A DNA stretch of 61,073 bases, counting the filler. It is 9 parts of 9 records of this genome, joined end to end, with 100 filler letters (N's around TTAATTAATTAA, not from the genome) between each part and the next. Parts side by side here need not be neighbours in the genome. Positions count along the whole stretch, not along the records: positions 1 to 5,998 come from SRR31156797_61645; positions 6,099 to 11,803 come from SRR31156797_61696; 7 more parts are not named here. The stretch is one strand, 5' to 3'. Under the pieces are notes generated by a model. That model searched no databases. It was not told the origin of the DNA and was given only the letters and a program-made list of their open reading frames with translations. The translations under genes and the position numbers were made by a program. Below, piece after piece: positions 1 through 10,222 of this stretch; position 1 is the first letter of the stretch, and every line of letters starts with the position of its first letter.

Positions 1-204
1 ATCGCCGAGCTGGGCCCGGAGAGTTTTCGGGTCGCGGCGATTCCCGAGACCCTGGATAGAACGACCCTCGGTGGTGCCCGTATAGGGGACCAGGTGAATA
101 TCGAGATTGACATCCTCGTGAAGGTGATCCGCCGGCAATTGGAGCGTATCGTGCCGGGCGGGCAAGGCTTGACCGTGGAGCGTCTGAAGCAGATGGGATT
201 TTGA
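1..204 (+). CDS. ribE: Riboflavin synthase alpha chain, C-terminal part (5'-truncated)
   Basis: Manual translation of frame 1: ...IPETLDRTTLGGARIGDQVNIEIDILVK...ERLKQMGF*, the typical C-terminal lumazine-binding repeat. Confidence 0.85.
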   Translation: MAELGPESFRVAAIPETLDRTTLGGARIGDQVNIEIDILVKVIRRQLERIVPGGQGLTVERLKQMGF

Positions 205-255
205 AAGGTCGGAGAAGGCGGCTATCAATACTGATAACGCGATTCCCGGCGCAAC

Positions 256-1329
256 ATGATGAACAAGAACGATCCTCATAATTCGATTTCCGACCAGATG
301 GTCATCGGTGTGACCATGGGCGATGCCGCGGGTATCGGGCCCGAGGTAGTGGTCAAGGCCCTGGCGGACCCGGCGGTGCGCCGGGCGGCCAAGTTCATTG
401 TCTTCGGCATGAACGAGCAACTCTGCTACGCGGCCGACCGGGCCGAGATCGAACCGTTCTGGGGCCGGCACCCGCATGAGAAGTTGAGCCGGGACTATCC
501 CTACAAAGTAGTCGTGGCCGATTACGACGAATACAACGTGCCGCCGTGGGTCAGGGAGTCGAGCCATGTGGCCGGCGAGGCCTCGATCAAGTTCTGTCTC
601 GATGCGATCGAGGCGGCCAAAGACGGGATCATCGATGCCATCGTGACGGCGCCCATCAGCAAGGCCAGTTGGAAGCTGGCCGATGCGTCCTGGCCCGGGC
701 ACACGGAGATGTTTGCCCAGAAGTTCAAGGCCGTGCGCAAGGCCATGATGTTTGTCAGTGGGCCTCTGAAAGTGGCCCTGGCGACGATCCACGAATCGCT
801 CTTCGACGTACGCCACAAATTCACGATCGGATGTGTGTTTGAGCCGATCGATCTGCTCAATGAGGCGCTGAAGGAGTTCTTCGGCCTGCGGCATCCCCGC
901 ATCGGGGTCGCGGCGCTGAACCCGCATGCGGGCGAGGACGGTCAGTTTGGCGATGAGGAACAGCGTATCATCGCGCCGGCGCTCCTGCTGGCGCAGGAAC
1001 AGGGGATCGATTGCACGGGCCCTATCCCAGCCGACGCGCTGTTCATGCGGGCCGTGCGTGGCGATTTTGACGCCGTCGTGGCCATGTACCACGATCAGGC
1101 CATGATTCCCATCAAGTTGCTCGATTTCGAGCACGCCGTCAACGTGACGATCGGCCTGCCGGCTGTTCGTACGTCTCCGGCACATGGAACGGCCTTCGAC
1201 ATCGCCGGACGTAACCTGGCGAGCGCTTCCAGCATGAAATCGGCGATCTTAACCGCGGTCGACATGGCCCAGGTCCGGCGGGCGTGGCAGTTGGCCGGCG
1301 CGGCCGGCAGTCGGGCGCCGGACCAGTAG
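256..1329 (+). CDS. pdxA: 4-hydroxythreonine-4-phosphate dehydrogenase
   Basis: TMGDAAGIGPE, PGHTE, NPHAGE, AMYHDQ and HGTAFDIAG motifs; followed by rsmA. Confidence 0.93.
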   Translation: MMNKNDPHNSISDQMVIGVTMGDAAGIGPEVVVKALADPAVRRAAKFIVFGMNEQLCYAADRAEIEPFWGRHPHEKLSRDYPYKVVVADYDEYNVPPWVRESSHVAGEASIKFCLDAIEAAKDGIIDAIVTAPISKASWKLADASWPGHTEMFAQKFKAVRKAMMFVSGPLKVALATIHESLFDVRHKFTIGCVFEPIDLLNEALKEFFGLRHPRIGVAALNPHAGEDGQFGDEEQRIIAPALLLAQEQGIDCTGPIPADALFMRAVRGDFDAVVAMYHDQAMIPIKLLDFEHAVNVTIGLPAVRTSPAHGTAFDIAGRNLASASSMKSAILTAVDMAQVRRAWQLAGAAGSRAPDQ

Positions 1330-1363
1330 CTTGCACAGGACCTGTCGGACCCATCCACCCACG

Positions 1364-2254
1364 ATGCAGACGAAGAAACACATCCGCCAACTGCTTACCT
1401 CGGTCGGCGTCGCTCCCAGACGCCGGTTCGGCCAGCACTTCCTGGTCGATTTGAATCTGGTGCGCCTGCTCGTCGATGCGGCCGGTATCGGGCCTGAGGA
1501 CGTCGTCCTGGAAGTCGGCTGTGGGACGGGGTCGATCACGCAGGTGCTGTCCGAACGGGCCGGCCGCGTCGTGACCGTGGAGATCGATCCGGCCCTGGCC
1601 GGTCTGGCCCAGTCGCAACTGGCCGACTGCGACAATGTCCAGTTGATCAACGCCGATGCGCTGTCGAGCAAGGGCACGCTGAATCCTGTTGTGGTTGAGG
1701 CCATTGATCGCGCCCGTGAAGGACAGCATGGGCGTCTCCTGTTGGTGGCGAATCTGCCCTACGATGTTGCCTCTGCGTTGATGGTCAACCTGGTCAAGGG
1801 GCCGGTGGTTGCCGATGAGATGGTCGTCACCGTGCAGAAAGAGGTGGCCGATCGCATGGAGGCGCCGCCCAACAGCAAGAGTTATGGGGCGTTGAGCATC
1901 TTCCTGGGCGCGACCGGAGAGGTCCGGACGGTGCGCATCTTGAAGCCGAGCGTGTTCTGGCCCCCGCCCGGGGTGGATTCGGCGATTGTCCGTGTGGTCC
2001 GGGACGAGGCCAAATGCCGCCAGATCGAGCGGATGTCGCGCTTCAGTGAGGTCGTGGCCCTCTTCATGGGCCATCGTCGCAAGATGCTCCGGGCGTGCGC
2101 CAAGCATGCTCCCGAAGCGCTGGGCGGGCGGGCGCAGTGGATGAGATGTTTCGAGCGTTGCCAGATCGACCCGAGCCAGCGGCCTGAGGCCCTTTCGCCG
2201 GCCCAGTATGTGGCCCTGGCCAACCTCTTCGGCCGAGATGGCGCCGATCGCTAG
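1364..2254 (+). CDS. rsmA: 16S rRNA adenine dimethyltransferase RsmA/KsgA
   Basis: GQHFL, EVGCGTG (SAM binding), ANLPY, VQKEVADR and FWPPPGVDSA motifs; ATG at 1364. Confidence 0.93.
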   Translation: MQTKKHIRQLLTSVGVAPRRRFGQHFLVDLNLVRLLVDAAGIGPEDVVLEVGCGTGSITQVLSERAGRVVTVEIDPALAGLAQSQLADCDNVQLINADALSSKGTLNPVVVEAIDRAREGQHGRLLLVANLPYDVASALMVNLVKGPVVADEMVVTVQKEVADRMEAPPNSKSYGALSIFLGATGEVRTVRILKPSVFWPPPGVDSAIVRVVRDEAKCRQIERMSRFSEVVALFMGHRRKMLRACAKHAPEALGGRAQWMRCFERCQIDPSQRPEALSPAQYVALANLFGRDGADR

Positions 2255-2400
2255 GCCGGGCGCGCGGCCAAATCGTGCCGGGGCCCTGTCCGGCGCCAAA
2301 AAACGCCGTCATGTCACGGGGCCACGCACAAAATATCAAATCGGAATCCTTGCGTAACCTGTTCATTTCAGGAGACTTAGGGGGTTTGTGTGATTTGGGT

Positions 2401-2429
2401 TTGCACGCTTGTTATGACGATGCTATAAT
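2401..2429 (+). promoter_or_regulatory. Sigma70-type promoter for the prepilin-like gene cluster
   Basis: TTGCAC-17 nt-TATAAT with extended -10 (TGc), about 130 nt upstream of the ATG at 2560. Confidence 0.7.
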
Positions 2430-2559
2430 GATACGCGTGTGTAGTGGCGTTCTGTCTGTGTAGAAGGTCCGGGATTTCGTGGAACAGATCGGGTCTCCGG
2501 AGAATCTCTAATCCAGTGTGTGTTGCCTTATCACATTTCTCGTTGAAGGAGTATAGAAC

Positions 2560-3369
2560 ATGTCTAAGAGACGTGGTTTCACGCTGATCGAACTCCTGGT
2601 GGTTATTGCCATTATCGCTGTCTTGATGGCGATCCTTATGCCGGCGTTGCGTCGCGTCAAGGAGCAGGCGAAAATGGTCAAGTGTATGGCCACCTTGAAG
2701 CAGTGGAATCTGATCGCCACGATGCACGCCGAGGCCAACGACGGGAAATTCTGGGACAGCGAAGGAACCGCTTACTGGTGGGTCAGGCATCTGGAAGAAG
2801 AGTACAAGGATTGGAAGACGAACGAGCTCTGGTTCTGCCCGTCGGCGACGAAGCCGCTTATCGACGAATATGGCAACCAGGCAGCGAGTTTCAATATCTT
2901 CAACGCGTGGGGCATTTTCACGGGCGACAACCTGGGGCCCAACGGCGTGTGCGGCAGCTTCGGCATCAACGGGTACTGCCTGATTCCGTCCTCGGGTGCC
3001 ACCGGCGAGTATGAAGGGGGTGTGCCCGTGTCGAGAGGCTTCCACCGGGCGGGAGCGAAGGGTTCCAGCAACACGCCGTGGTTCATTGAGGCCTTGCGTT
3101 TCGACCTGTGGCCGCTGCATACCGATGCTCCGGCTGACAATGAGTTTGCGGCCTGGAGCGGCAACAACACCGGTCGCTGTGCCATCAACCGGCACCAGGG
3201 ATTCCTCAACGCCGCCTTCATGGACTGGTCGGTCAGGAAGATTGGCCTCAAGGAGGTCTGGACGTTGAAGTGGCACCAGGATTACAACACGTCGGGGATC
3301 TGGACGAAGGCCGGTGGTGTCCAGGCCACCGACTGGCCTGATTGGATGAGAAGATTCAAGGAATACTAG
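2560..3369 (+). CDS. Prepilin-type N-terminal cleavage/methylation protein (DUF1559/H-X9-DG-like)
   Basis: [28 protein letters not shown] class III signal; C-terminal [22 protein letters not shown]. Confidence 0.88.
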   Translation: MSKRRGFTLIELLVVIAIIAVLMAILMPALRRVKEQAKMVKCMATLKQWNLIATMHAEANDGKFWDSEGTAYWWVRHLEEEYKDWKTNELWFCPSATKPLIDEYGNQAASFNIFNAWGIFTGDNLGPNGVCGSFGINGYCLIPSSGATGEYEGGVPVSRGFHRAGAKGSSNTPWFIEALRFDLWPLHTDAPADNEFAAWSGNNTGRCAINRHQGFLNAAFMDWSVRKIGLKEVWTLKWHQDYNTSGIWTKAGGVQATDWPDWMRRFKEY

Positions 3370-3389
3370 GGCGAAAGCAGAACATAGAG

Positions 3390-3422
3390 AAAGCGGCCGG
3401 TCCGAGAGGACGGGCCGTTTTC
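3390..3422 (+). terminator. Stem-loop / intrinsic terminator after the first prepilin-like gene
   Basis: GCGGCC GGTCC gaga GGAC GGGCCGT followed by a short T-run. Confidence 0.55.
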
Positions 3423-3469
3423 ATGTGAACCGGGCAGGCGTGTCTTTGCAGACGGGAGGCAAGAGCAGC

Positions 3470-4300
3470 ATGCGACAGAGATATGGCGACAAGGATGAGG
3501 CTTCGAGGGGGTTTACCCTCATAGAGTTGCTGGTCGTGATTGCGATCATCGCCGTGTTGATGGGGATTCTCATGCCCGCGCTGAGCCGCGTCCGCGAGCA
3601 GGGCAAGCGGGCGACCTGCCTGAGCAATCTCAAACAACTAACGATGTCGTGGATTATGTATGCCGACGACAACGACGACAAGATTGTCAACGGGGATTCC
3701 GGCGAGTACGGTCGGGCCGCCCAAAATGGGCCGTACTGGGTCCAGACGGACTGGACGCCCGGCATGACCAAGGAACAGCGCCAGCAAGCGATTCTCGACG
3801 GCGCGCTCTGGCCGTTCATCAAGGACCTGAAGATTTACAAGTGCCCGAGCGTCGAGCGCAAGACGATGGACTATTACAACGAGACCAGCCCTCCGGTGCG
3901 GACGTACTCGATCGTCGATTCGATGAACTGCATGGATTGGCCTGCCGACATGGGAGGGGCGACCAAGACGATCAAACGCCGCATGGCGATCAGGAATGCT
4001 GCGATGCGGGCCGTGTTCCTCGACGATGGGGGGACCTGCCCCTCGGCACTCGGTGGCTGGACTGTGTGGGCTACCAAGTGGTCGTGGTGGGACCCGCCAC
4101 CCGTGCGGCATGGCGATGGGACCACGTTCTCCTTTGCCGATGGTCATTCCGAGTACCACAAGTGGAAAGATCCCCGAACGCTTGAGTTCGGCAAGCGCGT
4201 CCCGCTTACGGCGCAATCGGACGTCCAAGACGGCAATGAGGATATCCATTGGTCGTCGCTGGTTGTTTGGGGCCAGAAAGAAACAAAGTTGCGCTACTAG
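3470..4300 (+). CDS. Prepilin-type N-terminal cleavage/methylation protein with canonical H-X9-DG motif
   Basis: [10 protein letters not shown]...; C-terminal RHGDGTTFSFADGHSE; SD GGGAGG before ATG 3470. Confidence 0.88.
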   Translation: MRQRYGDKDEASRGFTLIELLVVIAIIAVLMGILMPALSRVREQGKRATCLSNLKQLTMSWIMYADDNDDKIVNGDSGEYGRAAQNGPYWVQTDWTPGMTKEQRQQAILDGALWPFIKDLKIYKCPSVERKTMDYYNETSPPVRTYSIVDSMNCMDWPADMGGATKTIKRRMAIRNAAMRAVFLDDGGTCPSALGGWTVWATKWSWWDPPPVRHGDGTTFSFADGHSEYHKWKDPRTLEFGKRVPLTAQSDVQDGNEDIHWSSLVVWGQKETKLRY

Positions 4301-4404
4301 GGCCGAGCCCGTGGATTGCGCCGGATCAGAGACGTGTTGAGGCGAGTCGGGCCACCGAGGGTCCGGCGTTTTGAGTTGTGCGATCTCTTGAGGAGCATAC
4401 TCTC

Positions 4405-5202
4405 ATGGACAGACGTAAGGCGTTTACCCTCATTGAACTGCTCGTGGTCATCGCCATCATCGCGCTGTTGATGGGGATCTTGATGCCGGCCCTGTCGCGT
4501 GTTCGTCATCAGGCTCGCGGCGTGGTGTGCCAGTCAAACCTCAAGCAGTGGGGCACGATCTGGTCGATGTACTGCGACGACAACAACGGTATGTTTCCCA
4601 CGCGGGGCAGCAGCAGCGGCCGCTGGATCGACGTGCTGTTCGACTATTACTTCAAGGATGACAAGTTCCGCACCTGTCCGGTGGCCAAGAAAATCGCATA
4701 CGAGCAGTACCCTCCGGGCGCCTCAAGTTATGGTGACATCGCGGGCAATTTCGAAACGTCGTGGGGCCGTCTGAGTGAGACGTCGGGGCGTCCAGCCGGA
4801 ACCTATGGCAGCTACGGGGCCAATGGCTGGATCTATGTGTGCGCCGATGACACCCTTTACGGCAAGCCCAAGGAGTTCTTCTGGAAATCGCCCAATATCA
4901 AGGGCGCGCCGCAGATCCCGCTGTTCCTCGACAGCGTCTTTTGGTGCGGCTGGCCCGACAACACCGATACCCCGCCCAGCTATGAAACCGAGCACTGGTC
5001 GGGCGATGACAATTCGATGCACCGATTCGTCATGGACCGGCACAGCCAGGCCATCAATGCGGTCTATCTGGACTTCTCCGTCAGGAAGGTATGGCTCAAG
5101 TCGCTGTGGCGGCAGAAATGGAGCAAGCGGTTCAGCACCAATGAGTTGGCGCCCGTCTGGGAGACAGAAGCGCCCTGGATGGCCCATTTCAAAGGCGACT
5201 GA
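4405..5202 (+). CDS. Prepilin-type N-terminal cleavage/methylation protein (DUF1559-like)
   Basis: [10 protein letters not shown]...; C-terminal [22 protein letters not shown]. Confidence 0.88.
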   Translation: MDRRKAFTLIELLVVIAIIALLMGILMPALSRVRHQARGVVCQSNLKQWGTIWSMYCDDNNGMFPTRGSSSGRWIDVLFDYYFKDDKFRTCPVAKKIAYEQYPPGASSYGDIAGNFETSWGRLSETSGRPAGTYGSYGANGWIYVCADDTLYGKPKEFFWKSPNIKGAPQIPLFLDSVFWCGWPDNTDTPPSYETEHWSGDDNSMHRFVMDRHSQAINAVYLDFSVRKVWLKSLWRQKWSKRFSTNELAPVWETEAPWMAHFKGD

Positions 5203-5253
5203 GCAGGTTTTCCGTCTCTCCTCGAACGGTTCGGAGTGGCCCGCTCGATCCTC

Positions 5254-5998
5254 TTACAGCACAGCCGTCTTATGCCGATGGCTGTGACACTCGATATTCA
5301 CCGCCACGGGCAAAGACGCGATATGGCAGGGGGCGGTCTCAATTTGAACGGCCAGGGCGGTGGTATCGCCACCGAGACCCTGAGGCCCGACGCCGAGGGC
5401 GTTGATCTGGCCCAATAAATCCTGTTCCATCTGAGCATAGAACGCTTGCGGATTCGACTGTGCCAGGGGACGCAGCAAGGCGCGCTTGCTCAGCAGGCAA
5501 CTGAGTTCGAAGTTGCCCCCGATGCCCACGCCCACGACAAAGGGCGGGCAGGCGTTGGCTCCCGCTTCCTGGACGACATCGACGATCCAGGCCGCGACGT
5601 CCGCCGGTTCGGCGGTCGGGACGAACATCCGAAACTGGCTCTTGTTCTCGCAGCCTCCCCCCTTGGCCATGACCGCAATCCTCAAGGCCGCGCCGGGGAC
5701 TACCGTGTGGTGGATGACGGCAGGCGTGTTTGTCTGGGTGTTGGTCCGGGCGCCGAGCGGGTCGTCGACCACACTCTTGCGCAGATAGCCTTTCTCGTAG
5801 CCGGCCCGGACACCGTCGTTGATGGCATCGATGAGTGTGACGGGACGGGTGTGGTTGGCCGCCGTGATCGCTACTTCGGCGCCCTGCTCCGCGAAGACGA
5901 CCGTCAGGCCCGTGTCCTGGCAGAGCGGAATTCGATCGCGGGCGGCGATATCGGCATTGTCGATCAACTGGGAAAGGATTCGTGCCGCACCGGGATGA
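5254..5998 (-). CDS. Fe-S fumarate/tartrate hydratase alpha subunit (5'-truncated)
   Basis: PLCQDTG, KGGGCEN, NACPP and CHIASLPVAVNIECH motifs. Confidence 0.9.
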
Positions 5999-6098
5999 NN
6001 NNNNNNNNNNNNNNNNNNNNNNNNNNNNNNNNNNNNNNNNNNTTAATTAATTAANNNNNNNNNNNNNNNNNNNNNNNNNNNNNNNNNNNNNNNNNNNN
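5999..6098. other. Artificial contig-joining spacer
   Basis: N-run + TTAATTAATTAA (stops in all six frames) + N-run. Confidence 0.97.
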
Positions 6099-6178
6099 GC
6101 GTTGACTATAATTTGTATTGTGCCTCTTATTCGACAGAGATCATGGGCCGGGCCGGATGCACAAGGGGCTATGTTCAG

Positions 6179-8938
6179 ATGTTAAATGACAGACGCTTCA
6201 CTCTTCTTCTTTTTTTCCTTCTCTTGTTTCTGATTCCTCTTTCCTTTCTCAGCGCGGAGATCTCGGTTGCCGTTTTTGAGGTGGAGCCGGTTTGTTTCAG
6301 CGATGACGAAGGCAGGGCAAAAGGACTCTATCCCGCACTCCTTCGTCATATATTCGGAGAGGAGGAGCTTCGCTTTATAACGAACCTGAGCTTTCATGAA
6401 GCCTATACGATGGTCCTCGAAGGAGAGGCCGATGTTATGCCTGTCTTTATCAGAACCGAGGAGAGGGAGACGCTTTTCGCCTTCAACCGGGAGGTCGTCG
6501 CCGTCAGCTGGGGCCAGCTTTATATCGCTCCCCAGGACAGGATCGAAAGCGTTCACGAATTGAAGGATCAGAAAATCGGCCTTTTGAAAGGGGGGCAGAA
6601 CGGCATCAATTTCATCAATTTTATGAAGGGTTTCGATATCCCCTTCGATCCGGTCTATTTCATCAACGCCCAAGAGATGACCGAAGCCGTACTGAACGGA
6701 GAGATACGGGGGCTCGTCTCCATCGGGAGTTTCCAGATCGGCGAGAAGCGCCTGAAGGCCTCATCCATACTGTTTTCCCCCACCCAGGCCTTCTTAGCCG
6801 TAAAAAAGGGGGGGAAGGAGTGGATACTGGACAGCTTTGACGCTGCGCTCCGGGATATGAAAAGGGATAAGAATTCGGTTTACCAGCGGGAGGTCAACCG
6901 TTGGCTGGTCAAGGAGGGGGAGACGGTCGTCCCCCGCTGGGTGATCGTCCTGATTCTTCTTGTTCTGGGTATTGCCGCGGTAGCGATTCTTTTCTATATC
7001 GCCCTGAGGATCCGTGTCCGTCAGATAAGGGAACGGCTTCAGCAGAGCGAGGCCGAGTACCAGGGATTGTTCAATGCGGCGGGAGAGGCCATCCTGGTCT
7101 TTCCCTATGATCACAATCTGGAAGGAGAGTTTGTCGACGTCAACGATTCCTTCTGCAATCTGACGGGCTACGCAAGGGAAGAGATCCTCTCCCTGAGCAT
7201 CCTCGAATACTTCGGAGGCGATTCCCGTGACATCCTGGAAAGGCAGATGGACGAACTGCTGGGCAAAGGCTCTTCCCTGACCGAGATGCTAATGCCCACC
7301 CGGTCGGGGGGGAATATCCATGTGGAAACCTCTCTCAGGCGCTATGATTCAAACGGAGAGCCTCTGCTTTTGGCCATATGCCGTGACCTGAGGGATAGGG
7401 ACGCCCTGAGCTCCGCCCTTTCGGCGGTAGAACAGAAATATACCACCATAGCGGACTACAATTATGATTGGGAGTTCTGGATGGATGAGAACGATTCGTT
7501 CATCTATCTTTCCCCGTCATGCGAACGGATTTCGGGCTATAGGGCTGAGGAATTCTATGCGGATCCCGGTCTCTTGGAATCTCTTATCTACCCGGAGGAC
7601 AGGCCGCTTTGGCATAAGCACGAGCATGGCCTGACGAATGCTGACGACAACCAGTCCGAGCTGGTCTTCCGCATTGTCAGGAAGGACGGTTCGGTTCGCT
7701 GGCTGGACCATCAATGCCTGCGGATCTTCAGCCGCGAAGGCGTCAATCTGGGAGTGCGGGGCAATTTCAGGGATGTAACCCGTCAGAAGGATATGGAGGA
7801 GCAGCTGAACCGGAAGCAGCGCCTGGAATCCCTGGGCATCCTGGCCGGAGGGGTGGCCCATGATTTCAACAATATCCTGGCCATCATCAAGGGCTTTTCC
7901 GACCTGGGAATGAATCACCCCGGGGCCGGGCAGGAGATCAGAGACCTTTTTGAAACGATCAACCAGGCCTCGGGCAGGGCGGAGAACCTGACGGGAAAGA
8001 TCCTGGACTTCTCCCGCAACCGCAAGGTCGAGCTGAAGCCGGTCAGGATATCGGACATCGTCGGAGAGATCCACAGCCTGATCAAGGCCAGCTTCCCCAG
8101 TACGATCGAGATCAGGATGGAGCTGGAAAGGAGCGACTTCGTACTGGCCGATGAGGGGCAGCTCCACAGGGTCATCATGAATATCTGCACCAACGCCCGT
8201 CTGGCCATGCCGGAAGGCGGTGTGCTGACCATGAGTGTGGACCGGATCCGGCGGGAACAGATTCCCGGACGCTCTCCCGACGGGGACGGGACGCGTTTCC
8301 TGGAACTCTGCATCCGCGATACGGGCGTCGGCATGAGCGATGAGCTGAAGGCCAGGGTTTTCGATCCCTTCTTCACCACAAGGCCGGCCGGTGAGGGCAG
8401 CGGCATGGGACTGAGCGTCGTCCACGGCATAATCAGCGGCTGGAACGGTCAGATTCATATCGAAAGCGCCCCCGGAAAGGGGACGGCCCTTCATATCTAT
8501 CTTCCCGAGGCGGACGGGCTCGGCAAAGCGGAATCCCTTGAGGATGAATTGGAACTCAGCAGCGATCAGAAGGGGCTGGTCCTGGTGGTGGATGACGAAC
8601 CCCTTATCCTCCGGCTTGTTCAAACCTATCTGGAGAGGGCCGGCATGGACAGCGAGGGCTACCCGTCGGCGGAGGAAGCCCTCAGCGAATTCAGACGCGA
8701 TCCGAAACCCTATAGCCTCGTGGTCGCCGACATGACCATGCCCGGTATGAGGGGGGATCAGCTGGCCCTCCGGATAAAGAGCCTTCGCCCGGATCTTCCG
8801 GTCATCCTCTGCTCCGGATACAGCGAATACGCCGATCCGGATAACCTGCCCGAAGGAGCCGATGCCCTGCTGGGTAAGCCCTTCACCTTTGAAGAACTCT
8901 TGAGGGTTGCCGGGAGCGTTCAGGCCGGCAAGGCCTGA
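6179..8938 (+). CDS. Hybrid sensor histidine kinase (periplasmic SBP-type sensor, TM, 2 PAS, HisKA, HATPase, REC)
   Basis: Signal peptide and PBP-like N-terminus; H-box GVAHDFNNIL, DTGVGM, FDPFFTT, GSGMGL; REC VVDDE...DMTMPG. Confidence 0.92.
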   Translation: MLNDRRFTLLLFFLLLFLIPLSFLSAEISVAVFEVEPVCFSDDEGRAKGLYPALLRHIFGEEELRFITNLSFHEAYTMVLEGEADVMPVFIRTEERETLFAFNREVVAVSWGQLYIAPQDRIESVHELKDQKIGLLKGGQNGINFINFMKGFDIPFDPVYFINAQEMTEAVLNGEIRGLVSIGSFQIGEKRLKASSILFSPTQAFLAVKKGGKEWILDSFDAALRDMKRDKNSVYQREVNRWLVKEGETVVPRWVIVLILLVLGIAAVAILFYIALRIRVRQIRERLQQSEAEYQGLFNAAGEAILVFPYDHNLEGEFVDVNDSFCNLTGYAREEILSLSILEYFGGDSRDILERQMDELLGKGSSLTEMLMPTRSGGNIHVETSLRRYDSNGEPLLLAICRDLRDRDALSSALSAVEQKYTTIADYNYDWEFWMDENDSFIYLSPSCERISGYRAEEFYADPGLLESLIYPEDRPLWHKHEHGLTNADDNQSELVFRIVRKDGSVRWLDHQCLRIFSREGVNLGVRGNFRDVTRQKDMEEQLNRKQRLESLGILAGGVAHDFNNILAIIKGFSDLGMNHPGAGQEIRDLFETINQASGRAENLTGKILDFSRNRKVELKPVRISDIVGEIHSLIKASFPSTIEIRMELERSDFVLADEGQLHRVIMNICTNARLAMPEGGVLTMSVDRIRREQIPGRSPDGDGTRFLELCIRDTGVGMSDELKARVFDPFFTTRPAGEGSGMGLSVVHGIISGWNGQIHIESAPGKGTALHIYLPEADGLGKAESLEDELELSSDQKGLVLVVDDEPLILRLVQTYLERAGMDSEGYPSAEEALSEFRRDPKPYSLVVADMTMPGMRGDQLALRIKSLRPDLPVILCSGYSEYADPDNLPEGADALLGKPFTFEELLRVAGSVQAGKA

Positions 8939-9031
8939 AGGCTGAAAAACCATTGATCAGGGACGGATCACAGACCCTCGATCGCCCTATTGCATTCGGC
9001 AATGACACCGGGCGGGATCTCCGGTAGCGAA

Positions 9032-9571
9032 TCAGTTATCGTAGCGTGAGGCCGCCTGCTCCAGGATACGGGAGTGCTGCTTTCCGGTCAGAAGCATAAG
9101 GAACGATGCGATCAGTATGATGCCCGCGATGCTGGCGATCAGACGCGATACGGCGAAGCGGGGCCCCATGGCGTTGAGCTCGAATAGAAACATAGGAATC
9201 TTGGTGGTCGACCAGGCCCCTATAAAGATCAGGACATTGAAGAGACTGCTTCCCTTTTTCGCCATCACCGCGGCCACCGGAAAGGCGCCGTAGAGGGGAC
9301 CGGCGGCGGCTGAGCCCAGAAAGAAGGCGAGGACGACCCCCTTCAGGCCGCTGCCCTTGCCCAGGTGCCGCGTGATTCTCTCCCGGGGAACCCATACATC
9401 GAAGAGGCCCAGGAGTATAAAGACCGGCGGAACGAATAGCAGCATGGTCCTGAGCTGCCCCCACAGAGCCCGGCCCGCCTGCGGCCTGATCTCGGGAACG
9501 GCCGCTAAAACGGCGGCGAAAAGCACCAGCATGATCAGGGCCGGACGGTAGCGTTTGGCGAAGCTTTTCAC
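9032..9571 (-). CDS. DUF318-type permease, subunit 2
   Basis: Hydrophobic; GSAAAGPLYGAFP and GAWSTTKIPM motifs; GTG start overlaps the upstream stop (GTGA). Confidence 0.8.
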   Translation of the reverse strand: MKSFAKRYRPALIMLVLFAAVLAAVPEIRPQAGRALWGQLRTMLLFVPPVFILLGLFDVWVPRERITRHLGKGSGLKGVVLAFFLGSAAAGPLYGAFPVAAVMAKKGSSLFNVLIFIGAWSTTKIPMFLFELNAMGPRFAVSRLIASIAGIILIASFLMLLTGKQHSRILEQAASRYDN

Positions 9572-10050
9572 AGGGACACCCCCCATACCACAAAGGCGGC
9601 TGCCCCGAAGCTGAACAGGAAGGCCGCCAGGTTACGGGCGACGGCGACCTTTCTTCCGAAGAAGCTGGTTTCAAGGGGGAGGGTGACCACCCCCACCATC
9701 ATCAGGGAGGAGACGAAGGCCGCAAGCTGCGCGACGCCCGCTCCGCTCCTCAGGAGTTCCGCCGCTGCGGGAAAGGCGACGAATCCGGGGATGAGGGTGA
9801 CGCTCCCGATCAGAGAGGCTCCCAGTATGCCGGCGAAACCAGAGCTCTCTCCTATGAATCGGGAGATGAAGCGGGTATCGAAAACCGCCAGAATCAGGGA
9901 CACGAAGATCAGTACCGCGATGAACTGGGGCAGAATGTTATTCAATGATTTCAAGGCTTTTTTCAAAGCCATCCGGGTTTTCCGCCTGTCCCTGGCGAAA
10001 GAGACGATCAAAGCCGCCGCCGCCAGAATGTAAAGGACGATTGTGCTCAA
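9568..10050 (-). CDS. DUF318-type permease, subunit 1
   Basis: Hydrophobic; GSVTLIPGFVAFP and MMVGVVTLPLE motifs; TTG start with SD AGGAGA. Confidence 0.8.
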   Translation of the reverse strand: MSTIVLYILAAAALIVSFARDRRKTRMALKKALKSLNNILPQFIAVLIFVSLILAVFDTRFISRFIGESSGFAGILGASLIGSVTLIPGFVAFPAAAELLRSGAGVAQLAAFVSSLMMVGVVTLPLETSFFGRKVAVARNLAAFLFSFGAAAFVVWGVSL

Positions 10051-10087
10051 AAGGGGCTCTCCTGTATTAAAGTACGATATATTTCGA

Positions 10088-10116
10088 AGATTAACTAAGT
10101 GTATTGACCTCGTCAA
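10088..10116 (-). promoter_or_regulatory. Sigma70-type promoter for the permease pair
   Basis: Minus strand TTGACG-17 nt-TAATCT. Confidence 0.55.
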
Positions 10117-10156
10117 GGGAGGCCATCGGATATCGTTTATTATTCGTAAAAACATA

Positions 10157-10186
10157 GTGCAATTCCCCGTCCTTTCATACTATAAT
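10157..10186 (+). promoter_or_regulatory. Probable promoter of the MCP gene
   Basis: GTGCAA-18 nt-TATAAT upstream of the GGAG SD and GTG at 10223. Confidence 0.45.
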
Positions 10187-10222
10187 TCTTCCCAGTCAAT
10201 AATCTATTTCTCGGAGTTCATC

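Noticed and set aside
1168-1200. PdxA SPAHGT instead of SxDHGT
   Set aside because: The metal-binding His motifs are intact; this is likely ordinary lineage variation.
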